This document shows positions 11,959 through 24,581 of a stretch of 64,000 bases of DNA, one piece after another. The first letter of the stretch is position 1, and every line of letters starts with the position of its first letter. The notes under the pieces are model-generated. The model saw nothing but the letters and a program-made list of their open reading frames with translations, did no database searches and was not told the DNA's origin. This DNA is from Phoronis australis. Lineage: Eukaryota > Animalia > Phoronida. The position numbers and the translations under genes were made by a program. The stretch is from NCBI GenBank assembly GCA_002633005.1, contig NMRA01000285.1, positions 62,001 through 126,000 of the forward strand, read 5' to 3'.

Positions 11959-13936
11959 TCATTTTTGGAAAGAAAAATGCATCATGTTTCAACCCGTATT
12001 GTCATGAAAACACAGCCTGGGTGGCCGAAGATTCTCCGGTTGTTGCTATGCTTGACAACCGCGATGCTACAAAATATGATCTAACTTTTCGAAAACATTT
12101 ATAAATTTTACACTGACACATTTTCTTTCGTCGCCGCGTTAGCAACGACCCAACGCTTCCGAATCTCAACGTCCTGGGATTGTAAAACGGACAGTTGAAT
12201 GTCCGTATTTTTTCTAGCAGTTCGAGCAACGCGGAACTAACTTAAGCCGATAAGCCAACAGCGAGCCTGGTTTTGGAACGCGCCTGCTGTCGGCGTGAAT
12301 TAAGTCTATAGGCCAAACTTATCCCACAATCTTTTTTTCCAGCACATCATTTGGTTTCTAAATGTGAGTTCACCAGCAATCGATGTGAATCAAAACAGAC
12401 AAATTTTGCTAGGGCAGGCCAACCTGGTAATTATGGGTGGCTTTTTGACTTGTTAGGGAATAGAAAGTCATTTCCTATTACGCTATGGGAAGGTTTGAAA
12501 CATTTGAGTTTCAGGAAATGTTGTGTGAAGAAAATGTTAATGGTTTTTACCGGGGTCATTATTACATTTTTTGGAGTCTGAAAAACACAATTAGGATCCA
12601 GGGTCCATTTCAGTGAAATACCGAAGCTGAAGACTTCACAAGAGCACCTTAGGGGCAACTTCGGCGGATAAATTAATGTTTCGGGAGGTATTTCGTATTC
12701 ACAAAAGTCCCGAGAGGCTTTTTAAGAAACTAAGCGGTGGACCTCTTCCGAAATATTGCCGACGACAGCGCCCTGGTCGGCCATGGACTTGAAATACCGA
12801 CCAGGTTCACTTCGGTTGAGCTACTAAAAGAAGTCCGAATAAGTGTTCAGCTTTAGATATTTTAACGTATAACCAAGCATTACGAAATTAGAAACTATTG
12901 ACATCTTGTCCACACAATTTTACATACAGATATATGCCCCTTTCCAGGCATTTAAAACAGAAGGGCCCCAGTGGGCAGCAATTTCCCCACATATTATGAA
13001 ATATGTGGCTCAATTTAGAGACCTGTTGTGCCCAGCCTGCACAATGGGACACAAATTTTTTTTAATGCGTCGATGGTGCGAGAAACGTATGAAATTAAAT
13101 CACTGACAACAAGAGAAGACAATTATTTTGACTGACGGTAAACTAGTGACAACTTCGAAAACAGGAAGCAATCTGAAGGTTGCTTTTAGGTTTATGCGAA
13201 ACAATAGCGGTGCCTGAGATGCAAATTTCTTCTCTAATGGTACATGTACGGAATGAATGTTGTTGAACTGTCTGGTTTATAATTTGCAGCGTTAGTATTT
13301 TTGGTGAAAGGGTTTTTGAATATAAAGTTTCCCATTGTTCGTGTTGCACAGGTTTTTAAAACGAACTTGTCATATGCAGGTATTTTTGCTTAGAATGGCG
13401 TATAGCGAATTAAATAATTTATGAGTCAAGGAGTAGCCGAATATAGCCCTTATATGCATGTGCACAAACATGAGAACTAATCGTATTCCCAGCAGCTATG
13501 TACACGGGGACAGTGCGCATTCATAGAAGTTAAAAGCGTCTATTTGCCGCGATCCTTCTGGTTGAGTTGCCCCTAAAATAAAACCATGTATTAAGAGCGG
13601 AAATTTTTGCTGAGGACGTAAATGGTAAGACATTACCACGCAATTCCTGCGAAAACCTTTGCTGATAGAACACGCAAACAGTGAACTCAATCCCACAATC
13701 CAACGCTCCAACCACACTGACCAATCACTGCAGTGGTCGACATTTTGCTAGGTATGGGCTAGTAAGCAGTCCGAGCCTACTCGCGAAACACTTGCATTTC
13801 ACTCGCCGGATTTTGCAAGAAATTAGTTCTACCTCTCGCAAAATCCGGCGTTCCACTCTCCAGTTCTCGTCTCGTGAAATAAGGTTTTGATTCTGTTGTC
13901 CGTTTTAGAGAATATAACATGAAATCCAGTCCAGTC

Positions 13937-16900
13937 TTACAGGGCTTCGTCAACCATAGATGTATCTGGGGTTAAGTTGTCCTCATCCCTCGTACCATTT
14001 TTGTGTTTTTCTAGTTCAAAATTAGCTTTTAACGACGCCTGTCGCGTGATTGAAGATGTTGTTCTTGCTGACGCGTACTGTGGCTTCTTAGACTTTTTAT
14101 TGCACGCGGTACAACATCGCAACGACTGCTTAAAACTTTCTCGAAAGTTCTTCGACATCAGTCCGTAAACGATAGGATTTATGCAGGAGTTAAAGTAAGC
14201 CATTAAGTAAAAGGCTTGTCGCATGGGCCGCATATCGTCATCTTTCTCGATCCTGTATCGTTCTTCAACATCTCGCACAGCCCCCACCAAGTTGGTGCAG
14301 AGGTATGGTCCCCAACAGATAGCGTACAATACGATGACGGCAACCAGCATTTTAATCACCTAAAACAATAGGTAATGACACCATTAAAGATCAAGTGCTT
14401 GGTAAGTTCTCATTCGGTACTTATTAGCTCTAACTTCCTGTATCGTATAAAAATGTTGCATGTGTGGATCGATTTAAAGGAGGGCCAGGGGGCCTGGGCT
14501 CTCCTTCGACCGGTTCACCATCAATAAACGGCACCTGGATACTGTTTCAGGGCTGTCAAGAACTTTATTCATTCTGAATAGTAGTTGTAACTTTTTTGTT
14601 GCTTTCGACCACGTGTAACGGTGAGTGATTGACCTTGTGGAAAGGCATTTAGGCCTACCTGTTTCCGCGTGTTTTCGTCGTCTTTGTTGCTTTGTCTTAC
14701 AAGGGGACGACCAGCTACGTGACCGTTAAGCGAGACACCCGTGTTCTCTTTTCCTTTTCCATCATCTCTGAGACAGCTGCCGGCATTATTACTTGTACTG
14801 AAAGACAGTACAATCGTTCATTGCTGACCTATGAAACAGGGTTACAAAAAATACTAGCAAAGCCCCTGCGGCAGAAAAATCTTCGTCAAGTCTCCCCCAT
14901 AATGCAACGTTCTAACCTCACAGACCAATCACCTCAGCAGCCGACATTTTGCAAGGGTATACTGATATGGTCCAAAGCCTACACGTGAAACACTAGCTTT
15001 TATTTGCGTGATTTTGCGTGGTGTATGTGATCTCCGTCTACGGAGCGCATCTCGGGACTGTTGAAATATTAAGCTGTTGGTTACCTCTGAAAAACATTTC
15101 TGTTGTGGCAAGATCTTGTCAAGGTTTTGTTTTTATTTTAAATTTATATTTAATAGACTTAGTGTTACTGAAATGAGACATTGAAATTGTACAGGGATAT
15201 CAAGAAATCTCTAATGCAAGGAGCAACGGAAACTTTAGTGGTAACAAGTGCGGTTTTTGACGTCCCAAATCACACATATATGTCGTGCTTTTATACATTT
15301 TTAGAAAAAAAATCCTGTTGTGTCGAGTCCTCTTTTATGGAATAGAATTCACAATGACTAGTTTTGGTAAAAATCTGAGAACTGGACCATGGTGTAAAAA
15401 GACTAATTTACCAGCCAAATAACTAATAGTGAAGCAGTATAATAACCAAACCAATCACAACGAGAATGATAAAACAAGCATGACATTCAATATCGTGCAT
15501 TTCATCAGTCTGGTCTGATTTGACTAAAAACAGGAGGCGGTTACGTAAAAATCATATCGAATACGAATGAAGACCACTTTGTCATCAAAATTGACCAGTC
15601 GGACTTTACATTTTCCTCATGTTATTCTTTTACATTTGAATAAAGTTACGTTCTGGCCGGCCTCCACTGTGACACAAGTCTTCAGTATTATACTTAGGTT
15701 CTGTATACAGTTACACTGCCCTCTTTAAGCGACACGTTCCTCGTTCTATTTCAAAGGACTCGCGCTCTTTCACAGTAAACAAGAGACTGTTGACCGTCTG
15801 TTGACTATTGACACGCCTCTACAAACAATCCAATACCCCTTCTATATTGCGCAGCGTAGGTGGTTGAACTTCTAGCGCAATGAAATTTAGGCATTGGTTC
15901 TTGGGCAATGGGCCTTCACCTTACGTGCGGTTGGAAAATTGTAGGATATACACGTACATGTAGCCACCCATCCAGCCTCTAATAGCACTTGGGGTGTGGG
16001 GGAACAACTCGAAAATGAAACCATTTGGTTTTCACCAGACACAATAATCCATGATCTAGTTTGTAAACGTATTTCAACATTTCAATTTGTTTCTTATTTC
16101 TCTTATATTCAGTAATATTTATGAGACTAAAAATAATTCAATTGCTGTTCAATGATTTCGTGTGCCGGTTGTTTATTTTTGCATATTAACCTTTATGAGA
16201 TAAGACAATAGAAGCACATGCTAAGGTTGCAAATACATGTTCTTACTTATGTCCACTTGATTTTAATACACCGGTTTACCTCACCCTTGAGTGACCTACA
16301 ACGGATCGGGTGTCAAAACTGTACGGCACACTCTATAAATAGAGGCTAGATTTCAGCAAGACTAATATTGATACACTCACACGCACGCACGCACGCACGC
16401 AGCACGCACACACACACACACGCACACAAACACACACACACATATTATGAAAAATATAATGTGCAATAATTGACGTTAATCCCAGAAAGCATTTGGGCGT
16501 AAAAAGGGTATTCGCGTTTATCACCAAGGCACGCCCTTGCAACAAAAGTGTTATAGAATCGAGACGAGGTTTTCTACTTGAACGTAGCTGTGACACTTCC
16601 TAGCGTTTAGTCACGTGATCAGCCATCAAATCTGACTAAACTCTTCGTAAAGATCAAAGCAACTATTTCATGTCACCTTACAGATTTTTATCGTTGACAT
16701 GTGTATGCTCTCCATGCAACAACGGAAAGTGAGTTTGTCAAACACTACAGCAAATGGCCAGCATCTGGGTTCAGTATTCATTTCCGTTGAGACTGTCTAC
16801 AATAGTGCACAATGGAGGAGAGTGCAGACTCTAGATGGCGGCGTAACTTTTCACTGTTGCATGAGCATTCAAATCACGCCAGGGAAACAACAATTAACGC

Positions 16901-19900
16901 TTAAAAATTTCTCTCCAAAGTAACAAGGGATCTGCAGGAATTTCCATTTTAAAGGATCGGAAAGCTTTTTCATGTCTCACCTTGTTTGCGCACGCAGGCT
17001 GGCGCGCCTCCATGTCATATGATGTAGCTCTAGACAAATGTTAGAGTAAGCAAAGACCATGATACCCAGAGGAAGGATGTAAAGGATCACCATCATATAA
17101 CATTCATAAACTATTGACCAAGACTTGCTGCTCCAGATCTTTTTGCACCAATGAGCTTCCAACTTAATATGGTGCCCTTGTAGCGTCTGAATATTCTGAA
17201 AGAAAAGAACATTTGTTTTGATCAGCTACACTCAAGCCACTCTGACACCAACACAATAGCTGTCCCATAAAAGTACATGCAACTTCAGACTTAAGACAGA
17301 AATTTGGTCTTGCGCTCCAACTCCACGATTACAGAAAAAAAGGTTTAGTCAAGTAATTTATAAGCGCGTTACAGTCTATAAAAAGAACTATCCCAGTAAC
17401 CAGCAGTGATGGTGTACATTCTCAGAGATTTTAAACTTTTGCTCGTGTGAGATTTATTTTTTCTGAAATAATTGTATGGAGCGCAAGATCAAATTTCTGA
17501 CGGACACGTGACTTTTCATGACACAGGTATCAGAGCAAGCCACATAACTGATGTACAGTGTATTAACTTAAGGAAAGTCAATAAATTGTAATTGGAACTC
17601 GACGACCTGGGTACTCTCACGGAGGATGTGCTGTTCAGAAGGGTGATTTTTCTGTGGCAAGTTTCCTTTCGAAAAGGTGCGTTTTCTATCATAATTACCC
17701 AAGAAAAGATACCTCTCCCTCCAAAAGGGTTTATTATGGATGTTCAATACTTTGTAAAAGGTTCCTTTTATATAACACATATTGACAAAAGGGTTTAACA
17801 TCATCTATATTTTTAAAACTTTGATTGCCAGGATGTACTCAGTTTCGACAAAATGACGTCCCGTCTTGTGCCGTCTCAGTCTTAATAGGTTAAACTTCGG
17901 CTGTGCAAGAATCCCTTTCAAATAGTTAATGTAATTATTCCTCACAAAAGGGTTACGTTTCCGGAAAAATTCTACAAAAGAGTTACTGTTACATTGAAAC
18001 TCCCTATACGATATTCTCATTTTCTGATTCCTCTCTCTAAATGGCTGCGTATCCTAATTTCACGATGCACCTCGTTAAAATACATTCGAGTACCCCCGGG
18101 GCAGAAGTACAAGTATCCGCCGACAGTTCCCCCACTGGTGTCCATCGGCCTTTGAAGTGGTTAATACAGCCATTGGACAACCCTTTCAATGTCACGAAGA
18201 CTTTACAAGATACCACAAATGCATTCAGCAAGTATCTATTCACGAATTGGTCAACTTTAAAATAAGTCTTGTACCTGGGGACATGGAGAAATGTGGTAGG
18301 CCTACACAGAAATCTGACCTTAAGCTGAGATAACTATTTCAAACGCGAAAGGTACCACTCTCTTCGACCAAAGGCATTTCATAGGTCGACTTCGTGTTCT
18401 TCATAACGCATATACAGTACAAGCTAGGATATGTCTACGTGAAACAACTGTCGAAGTTTTCTCACTTAGGTTAGAGATTCAAGATCTTGGAATGCCTAAT
18501 TCAACAAAATCTTGGAAACGCCAACATATCAAGTTTGTACATAGCTTTGTACCGACATTGGTGACATTTCAATAAACAAGAAGACGTCTGCTCATCAAGT
18601 TAAAGACGACTACGTCAACTACATGGGCCGCAGCTGTGCCAACAGTGCTAATACTGACGCTGCCACGTCTGTACATTTCAGTAGTTAAACAGCGAGTATT
18701 CACGGAATGCCTGCCGCGGACGAAATGCGTTCTCTTGGCACCTGCTCAATGGCCAATTAAATTGGTTTGAGCCACGTGTATTTGTTGCAACTCTGCAGGT
18801 AACATAGGTAGGCCTAGGGCTGATTGCTGTTGCCAGTTGAGAAGCTGAGGAATTACTGTAGCTTTTACTTTAAACATTGAAGGAAGTTCAATGCGAAAAC
18901 ATTACTTGGCAAATTAACCAGGATTAAGGGTAACTGTAGAGTTTTTTCGACTCCATAACATCATGCGCGCACCCAGGGGGGCTCGGGGGGCTCGAAGGAG
19001 CCCCCCCCCCCATTTAGCGAAGTGGGCAAAAAGGTCCGCCTCTGACAGACAAAAAGTCCGAGAAAATGAATTCATTAAACACGCGCAAACGCGTAATTCA
19101 CAATGGTGCTCCCTCTTTTATTTATTTTTTTAGTCCGCCCACTTTTTTGTTGCCAAGAGGTCCACAAAGTCAGGAATTCGAGCCCCCCCCCCCATATTGA
19201 AGGCTGGTTGCGCGCATGAACATGGACTTCGTGTATGAGAAACTGTTTCCTTACAGGAAACTAAAGTGAGCAAGACTCTCAATAGACGCTGTCGTCGCGT
19301 TTCTCAGATTGGAACTTCAGCGAAGCCCTAAAATAGCCGCCTGATCACCGTGCGTCGGAATTTTCATCGGTAAATATTTTCTGTTTTTATAGCAGTAAAA
19401 CTGCTTTTTCAGGAACGACGCATTGGATTAATGATTTAGGTAACGAATGCCAAATGAACGAGCTCAATCAAATTTGGCGTTGCAGACGCGAATTTACCCA
19501 CATGGAGACCGCTCACCAACCGTGAAATACGGCTTCTGCCATTGTATACGGCTTCTACCATGGTATACTGATTGGCTCTACTTTCCCATATATAACAGTT
19601 GATTAAGTGACGTATACAACATCCATATTTCCACATATCGGATAAGATCATGTATTCGCATTTTGATGTGTCGTGCGTTGCACTTTTCCCACCAATAGGG
19701 GATATTTTTTGGATTTTGGAGCCTTTCGGAAAATGTTTAGACCAAAAATGACTTCATAGATAACTAGCTGCTCCTTTTTGAAAAACATCAAACAGTCGGA
19801 AGTTGATGTCACTCTCATTCATCACCACTGTTTACTATGTCTTCGTAATCTTCGCCTGTTGAAATAATTTTTCGCCCTTTCTTGTATGGTAGGCCTATCC

Positions 19901-22900
19901 AGATATCTGTCATTTTTCATTCAAAATTTGTCGAAACCTCAATTTTTTCTTTTCATTCTCTGCAACTGTTACTTACTTGGCCAATCAGTATAGGTACTGC
20001 CAACACCAGCGAGCCAAACCAAACGCCAACGACCACGGCTCGAGCGTGTGCTATGGTGCACATGTACTTCGCCTGTATAGGCCACAAAATTGCGTAATAT
20101 CTGAAAATTTAGTATATAGTTTATTAAATATCAACTCGCTACGTTGACCATGACTTTTGTTATTTCAGCACCAAACAGTTTTATATATCATGACATGACC
20201 AGAATCTGGTTTAATGAATGATTTCTGTGATTAGAATCCAATGCACTCAGTTGGAGCCCTAGCGACCAGTCCTGGCAGCTTCAAGCAAAAGGAATCAACA
20301 TTAACTACGTCTGTCAACACCAGTTTGCACTCGCCAAATGTTTTCTTGTGGGTATAAATACGGTAAGCAGCCAATCAAAATGAGAGATAGAGGGAGAGGT
20401 TGAGGCAGAGGGAGGGGTAAGCGAGAAGGAGATGGAAGGTGAGTGGGTTAGGGGGGAGGGGCAGGAGAGAAAGTTACAGGGAGAGACAGAGGCAATGGCA
20501 ATGGAATTGGGGCGGGTAGGGAAGAAGAAGGGATGGGGAGAGAGAGGGGGAGAGGTAGAAGGGCACAGAGCGTATAAACAAAATTACAGCACTGGTGGTT
20601 CTTCGTGGCCCCCGGAAGGTATAAAACCGTTACATTCAGAGACCATTGAATCAAATTGAAATTAGTATGGTGAAAGTTTGTAACATCATTAGTTCAAAAT
20701 TTATACCACGAAACTATGGCTTATTGACGACCACGCCCAAATAGAGCAGGGGCCCGTTCCAACAAAACTGACTTAGTTAAGATAAATCCTAAATTTTAGT
20801 AAATTTTAATATAAAAGTTAAATTTGTTTCAAAACCAATTCAAGAAAGAGATCTTAAGTTTGAATTAACTGTGTGAAGTAAGTTTTGTCTTAAATTTCAC
20901 TAACTAACAGCACGTGGAAGTTTCAAAGTTCGGAATTTAAAACAAATCTTAAACTTAAGTCAAAAATGAACTCAAGTCAGTTTCTTGGAACAGGCCCCAG
21001 ATCTTTTTTTTTCTTTGTCTGGTCAATCGAAGACTTCAGTTATAGTGAGCGTAAATATTTTACATGAAATAATAGAAAAAAATGACATTACTGTACGCGT
21101 TTGATTGATTTGTGGGTAAATGCGACACGTGCCCTCCACTTGGGTGACTCGGTTGACGTGTGCACAAATGAGTTAATGGATGTGCTAGGGAGGTAGTGTG
21201 GCGCTGGATAGTAGAGATACATACCCTATGGGAGGTACTAGAGATACATACCCTATGGGAGGTACTAGAGATACATACCCTATGGGAGGTACTAGAGATA
21301 CATACCCTATGGGAGGTACTAGAGATACATACCCTATGGGAGGTACTAGAGATACATACCCTATGGGAGGTTTTTCGTTGAATGAAGGTTGTCACCAAGA
21401 AAACATGACACCAGTCAAACGTTTCTTTTTCTGAAACCTATGTTTCGTGCTGGGTTTTCGGGAAATGTACTGCGTGTTATTTGACTTAAAATAGATTCCG
21501 TTCTTGTTTTAAAGCTGCTAAAAACATGTCTTATGCCAAGAAAGTGCTAACGTTTGTTTTTGACAGTCTATCTCTGTGATATTTTTCACAACAGGTTCTT
21601 TACTCGGATTAGAAGTGATTTATTGTTTTGCAAAGAACTGGCAGCTCGGGCGTTAAGTGACCCGCCGGGTTAAACCAACTTATTGAATTGAGTATCGAGT
21701 AAAAACGAATTTTCTTTCCTTCCAGTCATCCAAAAAATTACTTCTAATCTGGGTGAGGAACAATTTAGACCAACTTTATAACGATATATGGCCTAAACAA
21801 CAAGTAAAGTTTTAACAGAACTTGAGCTTATTGGTATAGAACCTTTAAAGAAATAATTTTAGCAGTATGCCTACATCCCTGTATACCCTGGCATTGTGGT
21901 CGCCCGTGGAAGGTTTAAACTAAATACTGCTACCCTGATTGCAAAGACCTAATTCTAGTCCACGAGTCTCCCTCTTTTGTGAAAAACGGCTTTGAAAATG
22001 ACATTCGTTCAACATGACATCAATATTCAAAATAAACAGAACACAGCGCAGATAATTAAAGGTTGAATTCATACTCTTGTGGCCGTAGTACAACGAAATA
22101 TTAGCCACAGTATAGAATACCACTAAATGAAAAACACAATACATACGGGGTTGTAATTTACGAAACTTTCCTAAAATGTTAGTGGGTGATAACACTTAAA
22201 ATTGATGGAAACAAAAGAAAGAGTCTCTTCGAACGAATGACGTCCAAAGGGACTACTGTAAATGACGTCACAAGGGACTACTGTGAATACCGTCATAAGG
22301 GACTAGTGTGGTTACCTTTCTAAACTCATGACTGTCAGCGTCGATACAGAGCAGATCATAGACACGTTCTGGAGGTAATGAACAAGCTTGCACAGGAATT
22401 CTCCCAGTTCCCACGAGAAAGATAAGAATGACGCGAACTGGTAATTAAAGTTAAAACAATTAAAAAATCAGCTTCGGTGCCATGTTTCCCTTTCAAATGA
22501 ATACATGCACCTTTACAAATGAAAAATAAAAAGCGCTATTTGAAAAAGTATATCGATGTATATTAAAACATTGCAGGAAAAACAAGACAGGGATGGAAAG
22601 TCTTGAACTTAAGGAACAGCTATTTGTTGTTAATTCCAAGTGAAAAAGAAAACTTTGCAAAGTGTAACTAAAACAACTAAGATTTTTGCTGATCATCAAT
22701 TAGTCATAAAGAGTTAAAATGTCATTTACTTAATTCGTTCAGTTCCACACTATAATGATAGCCACTAGGAACAGTCAAAAAGATACTAGACATTCAAATT
22801 AACCTGTACAAATCATAGCGTTAATAACCTCGCTGTAAAGTCGACCAAACGATGCTACATATATTTCAAATGTCCACTGGCATTTATAAACAACAGTTTT

Positions 22901-23365
22901 TGGTTGTAATTTTTTATGTTAAGTGACAAGAGCGGGATAATTGTTTATTTCATGTCTCGGCAACGGAGGTTCTTTCTATGGATTTATGGTAAAAACTGAC
23001 AAAATTCGTGATTTCTAAATACCTATAAATAAAAGTTAGCATGTGGGTCTTACCTTGACAGGCACGCAGATGAGAATCAGAAGTAGGTCCGCACAAGACA
23101 ATGATATTAAAAACACGTTGGTCACATTTCTCAAGCGTTTATAGCGGACCACTGAAAATATAACCAAACTGTTGCCGGAAAGCCCCAGCAATAGCGTAAG
23201 TCCGTATACTATGGCATTGGGAATAAAATCGTTCAGGGGAGCCATGCTGTGGATCGTGTGACCTTCCGGGTACTCATAGGTTCCATTATAATCGTCGTAA
23301 TCAGCCTGATAATAGTGCGGGGAATGTTCCCCACCCGCCATGTCATAAGTCATGTCGGTATCCAT
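13937..23365 (-). CDS. Class A (rhodopsin-like) neuropeptide GPCR, CCK/QRFP/orexin-receptor-like, 444 aa, 6 coding exons
   Basis: Exons (-) 23365-23054, 22437-22316, 20100-19977, 17195-16981, 14797-14659 and 14359-13937; all GT-AG with phases 0,2,0,2,0, total 1335 nt. Motifs: TM1 GNSLV, TM2 NVFLISLSCADL, ECL1 WELGEFLCK, TM3 LERY, TM5 ILPL...AY, TM6 ICWGP, TM7 NSCINPIVY, helix 8 NFRESF. Confidence 0.93.
16372..16442. repeat. (CA)n/(CACG)n microsatellite
   Basis: Direct inspection. Confidence 0.9.
17297..17499. mobile_element. MITE with ~23-bp terminal inverted repeats (related copy near 39010-39180)
   Basis: CAGAAATTTGGTCTTGCGCTCCA (17297-17319) versus TGGAGCGCAAGATCAAATTTCTG (17477-17499). 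The same end motif occurs at ~39018. Confidence 0.7.
18962..19218. mobile_element. MITE with 15-bp TIRs and 5-bp TSD (AACAT)
   Basis: CATGCGCGCACCCAG / CTGGTTGCGCGCATG. AACAT at 18957-18961 and 19219-19223. Internal GAGCCCCCCC repeats. Confidence 0.85.
20385..20562. repeat. Purine-rich (GA/GGA) low-complexity tract
   Basis: Direct inspection. Confidence 0.7.
20750..20997. mobile_element. PIF/Harbinger-type (Tourist-like) MITE
   Basis: TIRs GGGCCCGTTCCAACAAAACTGACTT / AAGTCAGTTTCTTGGAACAGGCCC. 3-bp TSD CAG at 20747-20749 and 20998-21000. Confidence 0.85.
21212..21371. repeat. 27-bp minisatellite, ~6 identical copies
   Basis: Unit TAGAGATACATACCCTATGGGAGGTAC. Confidence 0.95.
22236..22310. 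repeat. 25-bp tandem repeat x3 next to the GPCR exon-2 donor
   Basis: AATGACGTCCAAAGGGACTACTGTA / AATGACGTCACAAGGGACTACTGTG / AATACCGTCATAAGGGACTAGTGTG. Confidence 0.85.
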
Positions 23366-24494
23366 GATGTCGATGGTCCACTTTTCTTGATTGGTTAAAT
23401 TTGTTAGCCGGCTTACAGAAATTTCACCTAGACATGATTCGTAGTTGTTTGTGTATAACGCCACCAACCACAACACAGTCTGTAGTGCAGACACCTGCTG
23501 TGGCGTTTTTTATGCTTGACTGGAAAACATGCGAATATTTTCAAGAAGTGTAAACTAGCGTTATCCACTTGAAGAATGCCCACCAGATTACTTAGCACTG
23601 AGAGAACACTCCCGTTTTCGTTGGCCGTTGTCTTTCAGATCTCGTTCGTCAGTAGTTTACTATGGTAAATCTATGGAGGGAATACGACGTAGAATCAGTT
23701 AAGGAATTTCAAAGTGTCTATAAATAATGTAAAGTTAATCATCACTTTAAGAAGCAAGGCCGAACCTTTAATTTAACAACTTTCCTCTGTAAAATTGGCC
23801 TCGAATTGTCCCCTACTAAGACGAAGAAAGATTTTTGGGTTTGGCAAGAACTGACAGTTCGTTATTCCTCAAGACTGTGTTCACGCCGTGACAAGTTAAC
23901 TTCTAGAGCTTGGTCTCAATCAATAACAACCTGTCATTTCTTTGAAGCCCTGAAGTTGTCTTTTAATTTAACAACAATTTCCGATCAGTTTCATAACGGC
24001 AAGTGTTCTAAATCAGAAGTTGTTTTTTGTGATAGAAGACGGTTTTATTGCCGCTCTAAGTATTTCTAAAACATTTTCCTTGAAAAGAATTCTTCTCTAA
24101 ATTGCCACCTGTGTCAACGTTTAAATCTCGATTGCCAGAGTGAATGGAAGAAAAACATTAAGAAAATCCGTGAATCAAATGTCAATAATACAACGCTCAA
24201 AGTCAGGTTCAGCTTACCTGTATGAATCAATGGCTTCGAACACAACAATTGTCAATTAAGAATCAGCCCTTAGCCTTTTCAACGTTCGTCGCAAAAAGCT
24301 AATGCGTGTGTATGAAGCCAAAATCGTTCATGGCTTTATAAGCGGAGAATAGTTAGCGTCAGATGGTCCGTAAACCACAATGTTATTTTGTTGATGTTTG
24401 CTTCAACAGCGCACAGCCATCTGAGTCTCTTCAAATTGATAAGACAGACTATAACAACAGATTTCTATCAAAGAGTGTCAATTAAGGAATAAAT

Positions 24495-24581
24495 TAACTT
24501 CACGTAAGACAATCCAACTACCCGACAGTTAACATATTTTAACTTCGCGTAAGACAATCCGCTTACCTACCAGCTAACATC
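24495..24581. repeat. ~45-bp tandem duplication
   Basis: TTAACTTC(A/G)CGTAAGACAATCC...CAG(T/C)TAACAT occurs twice. Confidence 0.8.

Noticed and set aside
21060-21434. Repetitive ORFs and a CRISPR-like appearance
   Set aside because: Head-to-tail identical 27-bp units with no spacers and no cas genes. The ORFs arise because the unit length is a multiple of 3.
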